In this document: piece after piece, positions 52,033-62,500 of the stretch | How positions within the stretch are numbered: position 1 is the stretch's first letter | Layout: every line of letters starts with the position of its first letter | Origin: an uncultured Candidatus Rokubacteria bacterium | GTDB lineage: Bacteria > Methylomirabilota > Methylomirabilia > Rokubacteriales > CSP1-6 | Assembly (NCBI GenBank): GCA_963754315.1 | Contig: CAVWFS010000008.1 | Coordinates: 1-64,000, forward strand | Reading direction: 5' to 3' | Length of the DNA: 64,000 bases | Notes under the pieces: generated by a model | Seen by the model: the letters and a program-made list of their open reading frames with translations, nothing else | What the model was told of the DNA's origin: nothing | Database searches by the model: none | Program-made: the position numbers and the translations under genes

Positions 52033-52415
52033 AACTCCTGCTCGACACCTGCACGTTCCTCTGGATCATCGGCGGGATGTCCGACCTGTCGCCCCGGGCA
52101 CGCGAGCTGTTCGTAGACCCGGACAACGACGTTTATCTGAGCGCCGTCTCCGCGTGGGAGATCACCCTCAAGCACGCGGCTGGCCGGCTTCCGCTGCCCG
52201 AGGCACCAGCGCGGTTCGTGCCGGCGCAGCGACGCCGCCACGGCATCGACACTCTGGGGTTGGACGAGGAATCGGCCCTGCATCTCGACAGGCTTCCGCC
52301 GCTCCATCGCGATCCCTTCGACCGGATGCTCGTGTGCCAGGCCATCGTCCACGGACTGGTGATGCTCGGCCCCGACCCGCTCATCTCCCAGTATCCGATT
52401 CGCTCTGCGTGGTAA
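52029..52415 (+). CDS. vapC: VapC PIN-domain toxin
   Basis: LLLDTCTFLW, SAVSAWEI, HRDPFDRMLVCQA. Confidence 0.93.
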   Translation: MKLLLDTCTFLWIIGGMSDLSPRARELFVDPDNDVYLSAVSAWEITLKHAAGRLPLPEAPARFVPAQRRRHGIDTLGLDEESALHLDRLPPLHRDPFDRMLVCQAIVHGLVMLGPDPLISQYPIRSAW

Positions 52416-52428
52416 GCGAGCCCGACCC

Positions 52429-55400
52429 TCACGACCCCTCCGCTCGGGCTCCTCGCCGCTGCCCCACCGATGCTCCCACCAGACGCCGCACCTCGGCGAG
52501 AAGGGCGTCGTGGCGATAGGCGCCCTTCTGGAGGATGCGCTCGACCGAGCCGTTGAGGCGCTGATGATCCTCGGCCGAGAGATCCCGCGCCGTGATCACG
52601 ATGACGGGGATGCCGAGGCCCGCCTCGTCGCGTCGCAGTTCCTCCAGGAACTCGAAGCCGTCCATCTCCGGCATCATGAGGTCGAGCAGGATCGCGCCGG
52701 GCGTGCGCGTTCGCACCCGGTCGAGCGCGGCGCGGCCGTTGTCGGCCTCGGCGACCCCGTAGCCCTCTCGCTCCAGCAGGCGGCGCAGGAGCGCGCGCAG
52801 ATCGGGGTCGTCGTCCACGATCAGCACGGGCAGCTCGCGCCGGTAGGGGGCCAGCGCGGCCACCAGCCGCTCGCGGTCGATCGGCTTCGTGAGGTAGTCG
52901 GTCGCACCCAGTGCATAGCCGAGGCTTCGGTCGTCCAGCATCGTCAGCATGACCACTGGGATGGAGGCGGTGGCGCCGTCCTCCTTGAGCGCGGCGAGCA
53001 CGGCCCAGCCGTCCAGGCCGGGCATCATCACGTCCAAGGTGATGGCATCCGGGCGGAGGTCGTGCGCGAGCCGGAGGCCCTCCTCGCCGCCGGTCGCGGT
53101 CGCGACTCGGAAGCCTTCCTTGACGAGGAAGCGCTGCACGACATCGCGCACCGACGGATCGTCGTCGATCACCAGCACCAGGCTCGCCCCGGCGGGTCCG
53201 CCCGGCGCTCGGGTGGGAACCTCGGCGACTGGCTCCGCCACCTCTACCGGAAGGCGAATACTGAACGTGCTCCCGCGGCCGGGCTCGCTCGTGACGGTGA
53301 CGTCGCCTCCCATGAGCCGGCAAAGCCGGCGGCTGAGCGCCAGCCCCAGCCCCGTCCCGCCGTAGCGGCGGCTGGTGGATACCTCGGCCTGGGAGAACTC
53401 CTGGAACAGGCGCCCGAGCTGTTCCTCGGTCATACCGATGCCGGTGTCGCTGACGTCGAAGACGATGACGCCCCCACCCTCGCCAGTCTCCTGGCGCACG
53501 GCGAGGGAGACCGTCCCTCGCTCCGTGAACTTGCACGCGTTGGACAGGAGGTTGAACAGCGCCTGGCGCACCTTGGTGAGGTCGGCCCGCATCTCTCCGA
53601 CGGCGGGGTCGCAGCGCACCTCGACTCGGTTGCCGTTCTTGTCGGCGAGCGGCTGGATGACGGCGGCGATCTCGCTCATCAAGGCTGGCACGCTGAACGT
53701 CTCGAGATAGAGGTCCATGCGGCCGGCCTCGATCTTCGAGAGATCTAGCACCGCGTTGATCAGCTCCAGCAGGTGCTTGCCGGCGGCGTTGATCTTCTTG
53801 AGGTCGGGGACGAAGGCCTCATGGCCGAGGTCGACCGCCTCTTCTTCCAGCATCTCGCTGTAGCCGATGATGGCATTGAGCGGCGTGCGCAGCTCGTGGG
53901 ACATGCTGGCCAGGAACGCGGACTTGTGTCGGTTGGCGACCTCGATCTGCTTGAACAGCCGCGCATTCTGGATGGCCAATGCGGACTGGGTGGCGAAGGT
54001 CTGGAGCAGGCTCACCACCTCGGGCTCGAAGCTCCCCGCTGTCTTGCGCACGACGACGAGACTGCCCAGGACGCGCCCCTCGCGGAGCAGAGGCATTGCC
54101 AGGAGCGCGCGATGCCCCGTGAGGACCAGGGCCTCCTTGATCCGGGCCTCGTAAGCACCGGGCGCCGTGATGTCAGGGATCTCGATGGGCTCGGGCGTGA
54201 TGGCCAGCCGGCCCGTCGCCCCCTCGCCCTTACGCACCGGCGCCTGGCGTGCGATGACCAGATACTCCTCGGGCAAGCCCTCCGTCGCACGAAGGGAGAA
54301 CTCCTCCGCCGCCTCGTCGTACTCATAGATGGCGCCGCCCGCGGCGCCGCAGAGCTGCACGGCCCGCCCTACGATGGTCGTGAGCACGGTCTCGAGATCG
54401 AGCGACGAGCTGACGGCCTGCCCGACCTCGCCCAGCGCCGTGAGCTGGCCGACCGAGCGGGTCAGCGCCGCCGTCCGCTCCTGCAGCTCGTTGAAGAGCC
54501 GCGCGTTCTCGATGGCGATCACGGCTTGGTCGGCGAAGGTCTTCAGGAGCTCGATGTGGCTGGCGGCAAAGGGCCCCGGCTCGCTCCGCTGGATGACGAT
54601 GGTGCCGATAGGGCTGCCGTCCGCCCGGAGCATCGGCACGCCGAGCATGCTTCTCCACTCCCCCGCCGCTGCCATATCGGCCTGATACTCGGGGTCCTGT
54701 CGCACGTCCCGGATCTCGACGACAGCACGCGTGAGGATAGCCCGCCCCGAGACCTGGGAACGGGCCGGGCGCATCGGGTACGCGCGCCGAAGAGCCTCCA
54801 GCGCCTCGGGCGTGACGGCGTGCGCTACCACATGGAGCTGCTCACCGTCGAAACGGTGGAGGACGCCGAAACGCGCGTCGCCCAGCCGCACCGCGTTCCG
54901 GACGATCGTGTCGAACACCGGCTGGACGTCAGTTTGCGACTGGCTGATCACCTTGAGAATTTCACTCGTCGCCGTCTGTCGGTCGAGGGCAACGCTGAGG
55001 TCGGTGTTGCGTGCCTCCAGCTCCTTGAACAGCCGCACGTTCTCGATGGCGATGACGGCTTGGTCGGCGAAGGTCTTGAGCAGCTCAATCTGGGCCGGCA
55101 CGAACGGCCCCGGCTTGACGCGCGCCACGAAAATCGCGCCGATGGCGTTCCCGTCGCGCACCATGGGCACGGCGAGCAAGCTCCGGAACCCGCCGGCCAG
55201 CGCGACGCGGTGCGCATGTTCGCCGTCGGCCAGCACGTCCTCAACGTGGACGACGGCTCGCGTCAGGATCGCGCGCGCGGCCACCAGCGGGCTGCTCGGC
55301 TGCGGCCGCATCGGCAACATCCGCTGGAGTGCCTGGTGCGCTTCCGGCGGGTAGTTGTGAGCCGCCTCGAGGTGCATCAGCTCGCCATCGAACCGGAAGA

Positions 55401-57889
55401 CTGCGCCGACCAGCCCATCGCACAGGGGCACGGCGCTACGCACGATTGCATCGAAGACCGGCTGGACGTCGGTCGGCGAGCTGGAAATGACGCGCAGGAT
55501 CTCGGCAGTCGCCGTCTGCTGCTCGAGCGCCACGCTGAGGTCGGTGTTGCGCGCCTCCAGCTCCTTGAACAGCCGCACGTTCTCGATGGCGATGACGGCC
55601 TGGTCGGCGAAGGTCTTGAGCAGCTCGATCTGCTTGTCAGAAAACGGCCCGGCCTCGATTCGATTGACCGTGATCGTCCCGATGGGACGGCCCTCACGAA
55701 GCATCGGCACCGACAGCACGCCTCGGACTCCCATAACACCAACCCACTGGTGAGTCCGGTACTCAGGATCCTCGTGCACGTCGGGTATGTGAACGATGGC
55801 CTGAAGGAGGATCGCTCGCGCCGTCGCGCTATCCCGACTGGGGCGAACAGGGAACATTCCTCGCGTGACCTCGATTGCTTCTAGCGCGAGGCCTTGCTGG
55901 GCGACGAAGTGGATGAGGGTTCCATCGAATCGGAAGACGGTACTGGTGAAGGCATTGCACAGCCGGTGCGAACTCTCGGCGATGGCGTCGAAGACAGGTT
56001 GAACATCGGTCGGGGAACTCGAGATGACGCGAAGGATGTCGCTCGTCGCGGTCTGCTGCTCCAGGGCCTCGGTCACCTGGGCGTGAGCGGCCGTGAGAGC
56101 CTGGTTCTTCTGCTGCAGTTCCGTGAAGAGCCGCGCGTTCTCGATGGCGATGACGGCCTGGTCCGCAAAGGTCCGGAGCAGCTCCACCTGCCGCTCCGAG
56201 AACATCTCGGGCTCGACCCCGGATACATTGATCGCGCCGATGGGAAGGCCGTCTCGCAGCATGGGCACCGACAAGCTGCTCCGGAACCCAACCGCTTGCG
56301 CCCAGTCGCGGAGCGCGTACTGGGGATCCTTGGCCGCGTCGGGCACGTAGGCTACCTCGCGCGTCCGCACCGCACGGGCGGTCGTGGCGCTCCGGTCGAG
56401 GGGCATCGGGAAGATCTGCCGGAGGGCTTCGCTCGTCCGGGAGTCTGCGTCCATGGCGGCGAGGTGCAGCGTCTCCCCGTCAAGCCGCAGAACGACGCTG
56501 AACGTGGCCCGGCACAGCGCAAGCGCACTGGCGGCGATCGTATCGAACACCGGCTGCGGGTCCGTGTGGGCGCCGGCGATGACGCGAAGGATCTCGGCCG
56601 TGGCCGTCCGCTGTTCCAGGGCGACGCTGAGGTCGGCGTTGCGCGCCTCCAGCTCCTTGAACAGGCGCACGTTCTCGATGGCAATGACGGCCTGGTCGGC
56701 GAAGGTCTTGAGGAGCTTGACGTGGTCATCGGAGAACGCGGCGATCGCTCCGTGGCCAATGCCGAGGACGCCGATGACCTCCCCACGCCGCCGCAGCGGC
56801 ACGAGCACCACGCTGCGTGTGTCGTGGCTCCGGAAGAAGTCCCGGGAGCGCGGCGGCAGGTCAGGGTCAGTCTCGATGTCCGGAGTGACCACCACCGCAC
56901 CGTCGACGACGGCACGACGGAACTGCGGTGACATCCCCGCCGTCACCGGCCGCGGGAAGGCTCGTCGGAACAGATTCTCCGCGTCGGAGGTCATGTTGTA
57001 CAGCGCGACACAGTCGACCACCTCGGCATATCGCCGGTAGACCGCTCCGTAGAGCCCGCCGCACAGGCGCGTGGCGCTCGCGGCGATGGCGTCGAACACG
57101 GGCTGGACATCCGTCGGCGAGCTCGAAATTACCCGCAGAACTTCACTGGTTGCCGTCTGCTGTTCCAGGGCGACCCTGAGGTCGATGTTGCGCGCCTCCA
57201 GCTCCTTGAACAGGCGGACGTTCTCGATGGCGATGACGGCTTGGGCGGCAAAGGTCTGGACGAGCGCAATTTCCCGATCGGAGAACGGCTTGACCTCCGA
57301 TCGGACGAGCCCGATGACGCCGATCGGCTGCCCGTCCCGCAGCATGGGCACGCCGAGGAAACTTCGGATCGCGACCGCCGCTCGATTGGCCGCTGGGACC
57401 GCCGTCGCGTAGTCGGGGTCGGAATCCGCGTCGCGAATATGGATGGTCTCGCGAGCGAGGATTGCCCGCCCGGTGAGCGTCCCATGGTCCGGTGGTCGCG
57501 GCCAGAAGCCTCGCAAGACCGCCTCGGCAGCGGCGCTGGTTCCTCGCGCGGCGAGCCAGCGAATCAATTCGCCGTCGAAGCGAAACACGCCGGCGTACGC
57601 ACACTCGCAGAGCCGAAAGGCGCTGTCGGCAATGGCCTGCGCGACAGGTTCCAGCTCCGTGGGCGATCGCGAGATCATCTGGAGGATTTCGCCGGTCGCG
57701 GTCTGCTGCTCGAGCGCTTCGGCGAAGCGCGGTTTCGGCCCGGCTCTGCGCCGCTCTCTTTTCGGCCACCTCGCCTTCGAGCTGTTTCACCCGGGCCTCA
57801 GCGCGCGCCAGCGCCTGCCGAAGCTCGGCATTCTCCGCGGCGAGATTCACCTTGGGCGCGATCGTGGGTTTGCTGACCTTTCTGGCCAC
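52429..57889 (-). CDS. giant soluble hybrid histidine kinase 2: 7 GAF-HisKA-HATPase-REC-REC (~1800 aa), frameshift ~57720
   Basis: 1749-aa ORF with seven GAF ends, H-box, N/G boxes and two REC; coiled-coil N-terminus (LAAENAELR) in the adjacent frame matches kinase 1. Confidence 0.9.
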
Positions 57890-57955
57890 TCAGGCGCCCT
57901 CCCATCGGGGCGGGTTCAACGAGCAGGGCGTCGAAACGGCGAGATCCATCGCGGC

Positions 57956-57984
57956 ATGCTGCTCCGCCGGGACCGGCAAGTCAA
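57956..57984 (-). promoter_or_regulatory. putative promoter of kinase 2
   Basis: TTGACT, 17 nt, CAGCAT. Confidence 0.5.
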
Positions 57985-58108
57985 GGCGTCCACACCATGC
58001 AGGCCATCTAGCCATGAAGTCACCGGCGCTGGAAACGTAGGCTCGCCAGTCGCCGAGAGAGAGGGGAACGCTTCCGCTGAAAGGCCAGGGCGATTACACT
58101 TGTGCCAT

Positions 58109-58321
58109 ATGAGTCATACAATCACCGTACGTCTCAGCAAGGAGCTGGCCACCTGGCTGGAAGAGGTGGCGACGCGGACCGGAGTGTCCCAGGGGAGGAT
58201 CGTCCGCGACCAGCTCGAACGCGCGCGGGCCGGAGGCCCTCGTAAGTCGTTCATGCGTCTGGCTGGTTCGGTGCGCGGGCCGCGAGATCTGTCGTCCCGC
58301 AAGGGCTTCTCCCGTCCATGA
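58109..58321 (+). CDS. CopG/RHH antitoxin
   Basis: MSHTITVRLSKELATWLEEVATRTGVSQGRIVRDQL; ATGA overlap with the PIN gene. Confidence 0.85.
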   Translation: MSHTITVRLSKELATWLEEVATRTGVSQGRIVRDQLERARAGGPRKSFMRLAGSVRGPRDLSSRKGFSRP

Positions 58322-58725
58322 ACGCGATCGCCGATACCGGCTTCCTCGTCGCCTTCGCAAATCGCGGCGACCGCCATCACGCGTGGGCGGTCGTCGTGGC
58401 CGAGCAGTTGACGGCTCCCCTGCTGACGTGCGAGGCGGTGCTGGCGGAAGCCGCGTTTCACCTGGAGAGCGCAGGGCTGGCACTGGCGATGGTCCAGGAG
58501 GGCTTGGTCGAGCTTGCCTTCGACTGCCGCGAACACATCCCGCAGCTTGCCAGCCTGGCCGCGCGGTATGCCGACCGCCATCCGGACCTCGCCGATCCTT
58601 GCCTCATCCGAATGAGCGAGATCCACCCTGGCCATCCTGTGCTTACCGTGGATCGAGCCGATTTTCGGATCTACCGCCGGAACAAGCGCGAAGCCATACC
58701 TCTGATTTGTCCACCCGGGCCCTGA
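58318..58725 (+). CDS. vapC: VapC PIN-domain toxin
   Basis: IADTGFLVA, TCEAVLAEA, DLAD, LTVDRADF. Confidence 0.9.
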   Translation: MNAIADTGFLVAFANRGDRHHAWAVVVAEQLTAPLLTCEAVLAEAAFHLESAGLALAMVQEGLVELAFDCREHIPQLASLAARYADRHPDLADPCLIRMSEIHPGHPVLTVDRADFRIYRRNKREAIPLICPPGP

Positions 58726-58810
58726 TCGGATTGCCCTACCGGCCCCGCGCTAGGGCAACGCCACCCGAACGCAGAGTCGTCACGCCACCTTTGGCGTCCG
58801 CGCGGCCGTG

Positions 58811-59260
58811 CTACCTGGACGGCAAGTAGTCGCGTAACTGGAGCACCCGCAGCCCAGGCACACGAGGCAGCCGGCGGTCGTTCGTGAGATACGCGCTCGA
58901 GCGGGCCCGGAGGGTTGCCGCGACCTGGAGGGCGTCAGGGGCCCTCATCCCGGTCAGCGCGCGGACCTGGGCCCCGGCGCGCAGGAGAGCCCGGTCAATG
59001 TCGACCATGTGGATCCCGCGGCTGCGCGTGAGGAGAGTCTCGTACCGCTCGGCAAGAGCAATGTCTCCGGCCCGGTACGGCACCACGAGCACCTCCATCA
59101 ACGTGACGCCCGAGGTGATCCCCGGCCAGCGACCGCGGTCGACGGCCGCGAACACGGGCTCCACGAGGGGAAGGAAGCGCGGATGTTCCTCGATGAGATA
59201 GATGAAGATCGCGGTGTCGAGACCGACGGGCCCCGACCCGATATCATCGATCAATCCCAC
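58811..59260 (-). CDS. vapC: VapC PIN-domain toxin
   Basis: VGLDTAIFIY, TSGVTLMEV, PDALQVATA, LTNDRRL; GTG start overlaps the antitoxin end. Confidence 0.9.
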   Translation of the reverse strand: MGLIDDIGSGPVGLDTAIFIYLIEEHPRFLPLVEPVFAAVDRGRWPGITSGVTLMEVLVVPYRAGDIALAERYETLLTRSRGIHMVDIDRALLRAGAQVRALTGMRAPDALQVAATLRARSSAYLTNDRRLPRVPGLRVLQLRDYLPSR

Positions 59261-59481
59261 GAGCGGCGTTCCCGGGTCACATGCCGGGCCGCATTGACCC
59301 CACGCCAGCGCTCCTTGCCCAGCCCTCGAAGCTCCAGGATGGACCGCGGTTCGGGTTCCTCGAGAGCCTGGCTCAGGAGGTGGACGACCTCCTGAGCCAC
59401 CGAGCGCCGCTGCCGCCTGGCCTGGGCCTGGAGCCTCCGGTACAGGGCGTCGGGCACCTTCTTGACGTTCAGGGTCGCCAC
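59251..59481 (-). CDS. FitA-like RHH antitoxin
   Basis: MATLNVKKVPDALYRRLQAQARRQRRSVAQEV. Confidence 0.88.
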   Translation of the reverse strand: MATLNVKKVPDALYRRLQAQARRQRRSVAQEVVHLLSQALEEPEPRSILELRGLGKERWRGVNAARHVTRERRSWD

Positions 59482-59486
59482 GGTAA

Positions 59487-59534
59487 TGCCTCCATTGTGC
59501 CTCCATTCTGGAGGAATAGCCGACATCGCGTCAA
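59487..59534 (-). promoter_or_regulatory. TA promoter/operator
   Basis: TGCCTCCATT at 59487 and 59498; inverted repeat CCTCCA-ttc-TGGAGG 59500-59514; TTGACG/CAGAAT on the minus strand. Confidence 0.6.
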
Positions 59535-59577
59535 GGGTCACCGCGGCGCGCAGGGGGCTTGCGTGATCAGCGAAGAA

Positions 59578-62500
59578 TCACTCTGCTTCCAGTCGGGCCT
59601 CGCGCGCGGGTTCGACCTGACGGGACGCTACGCAGGCGGCCACCATGTCGCGGACCTCGGCGAGGAGGGCCTCGCGCGTGTAGCCGCCCTTCTGGAGGAT
59701 GCGCTGAACGCCGCCATTGAGGCGCTCGCGGTCGGCCGAGGTGAGCTCCATGGCCGTGACCACGATGATCGGGATGCTCCGGCCCCACACCTGGCCGCGC
59801 AGCTCGGTCACGAACTCGAAGCCATCCATCTCGGGCATCATGAGGTCGAGCAGGATGAGCCCGGGAGGTGCCTCGCGAGCCCGGGCCAGCGCGGCCCGCC
59901 CGTTCTCGGCCTCGGTCACCGCGTAGCCCTCGCGCTCCAGGATGCGGCGCAGCAGGCCTCGGAGATCTTCCTCGTCTTCCACCACCAGCACGGAGAGGCC
60001 GCGGCGGTACGGAGTCAGGGCAGCCACCAGCCGGTCGCGGTCGATGGGTTTGGTCAGGTATGCGGCCGCGCCCAGCGCGTAGCCGAGGGTCTTGTCGTCC
60101 ACGAAGGTGAGCATGACGACGGGAATGCTCGCGACGTCGGGGTCGTGCTTCAGCGCTCCCAGCATCGCCCAGCCGTCCATGCCCGGCATCATCACGTCGA
60201 GGGTGATGACGTCGGGTTTGACCTGCCGCGCCAGCCGTAGCCCTTCCTCGCCGCCGGCCGCCGTCACGACGCGAAAGCCCTCTCTCGCCAGGAAGCGTTC
60301 CATCAGCTCGCGCGTGGCGGCCTCGTCGTCCACTACCAGCACTGTCCCCGCGCTGATTGTCGCGGCCGCCGTCCGGGAGGTCGTCGCCGGCCGCGGCTGT
60401 TGCTTCCAAGGCCTCGGGCTGAGCCGCCGCCGCACTGACCTCGGCGGGCAGCCGGATCGTGAAGGTGCTCCCTCGTCCCGCCTCGCTCTCGACCGTGATG
60501 TCGCCGCCCATGATCTGGCATAGGCGACGCGACAGGGCGAGCCCCAGCCCGGTCCCCCCGTACTTCCGCGCGGTCGAGGCCTCGGCCTGGGAGAACTCCT
60601 GGAAGAGCCGACCCATCTGCTCCTCGGTCATGCCGATGCCCGTGTCGGTCACCTCGAAGACCATCCAGGGCGCATCGGGCTCGGGCACCCGTTCGCGCCG
60701 CACGCTCAGCGATACGGTTCCACGTTCTGTGAACTTGCATGCATTGGAGAGGAGGTTGAACAGGGCCTGCCGGACCTTGGTCTGATCCGCGTACATCTCT
60801 CCGGCGCCGGGCTCGCAGCGGGTCGCCAACGTGTTGCCCTTCCGAGCCGCGAGCGGCTGCACCACGGCCGCGATCTCCTCGATCAGCGACGGCACCGCGA
60901 AGCGCTCGAGGTAGAGCTCCATCTTCCCAGCCTCGATCTTGGAGAGATCGAGCACCGCGTTGATCAGCTCGAGGAGGTGCTTGCCGGCCGCGTTGATCTT
61001 CTTGAGGTCGGGGACGAAGGCCTCCTGGCCGAGGTCGCCCGCCTCTTCCTCCAGCATCTCGCTGTAGCCGATGATGGCGTTGAGCGGTGTGCGCAACTCG
61101 TGGGACATGTTGGCAAGGAACTCCGACTTGTGCCGACTGGCGACGGCCAGCGCTCGGCTCTTCTCCTCCAGCTCGCGGAAGAGGCGCGCGTTCTGGATGG
61201 CTAGCGCGGACTGGGTGGCGAAGGTCTTGAGGAGATCCACCGTCTCGAGCGGGAACTCGCCCGGGGTCGTCCGCGCCACGACGAGGCTGCCCACGACTTG
61301 GTTCTCGCGCAGGAGCGGCACGGCCAGGACGGAGCGCTGACCCGCCCGCAGCAGAACCTCGCGCATACGGCTCTGGTAGGCGCCGGCGATGGCGATGTCG
61401 GCAACCTGGACGGGCTGGCGCGTGACCGCAGCCTGGCCGGTTGCCCCCTCGCCCTTCTGAAGGGCCGTCGCTCTGGCCATGTCCACGAATTCCTCGGGCA
61501 TGTTCTCGGTGGCGCGCAGGTGGAACAGCTCGGCCGCCTCGTCGTACTCGTAGATGGCTCCGGCCTCGGTGCCCGAGAGCTGCACCGCGCGCGAGACGAT
61601 GGTGGTCAGCACCGTCTCGAGATCTAGCGTCGAGCTGACGGCGCGGCCGACTTCCTCGAGAGCGGTGAGCTGCCCCACCGACCGGGTTAGCTCGTCCGTC
61701 CGCGCTTGCAGCTCCGTGAGCAGGCGCGCGTTCTCGATGGCGATGGCGGCCTGGTCGGCGAAGGTCTCCAGCAGAGCGATCTGGCTGTCGGTGAACGGCC
61801 GGACCTCCAGTCGATAAATGCTGATCACCCCCAGCAGTTCGTCCGCCCTGAGCATCGGGATCGACAGCAGGGTCCGGATTGGGTCGATCTGTCGCGACCC
61901 GTAGGTGTAGTCCGGGTCGGCCTGAACGTCGTGAACGTGGATGGCGTGCTGCTCAAGGGCGGCACGCGCCGCGGTGTTGCTGCGCCCGGGAGTGAAGGGA
62001 TTCCGCTCGATGAACGCTCTGAGCTCAGGAGAGACGTTGTGGGTGGCGACGACTCGAAGGAGCTCGACCGTCGAAACGGTAGATGAACGCGCGCTCGGCC
62101 TCGCACAGCCTGACCGCGTTCTCGGCCAGCGTCTCGAAGACCGGCTGGAGGTCGAACGTGGAGCGTCCGATCACTTTGAGTAGCTCGCTGGTGGCCGTCT
62201 GCTGCTCGAGGGCGACCCGCAGCTCAGTGTTGCGCGCCTCCAGCTCGGTGAACAGGTGCACGTTCTCGATGGCGATGACCGCCTGGTCCGCGAAGGTCTG
62301 GAGCAGCGCGATCTGCTTGTGCGTGAACGGATTTACCTCGGCGCGCCGAAGGTTGATCGTCCCTACGGCCGCGGCCCCTTCCCGAAGCAACGGAACGGCT
62401 AGCGCTGTTCGGTAGCCGAACTCCCGAGCCAAAGCGCTCCCCACGGGGAACTCCTCGATCTCAGCCTGAAGATCGGCCACGTGAGCGGCCTGCCGCTCGA

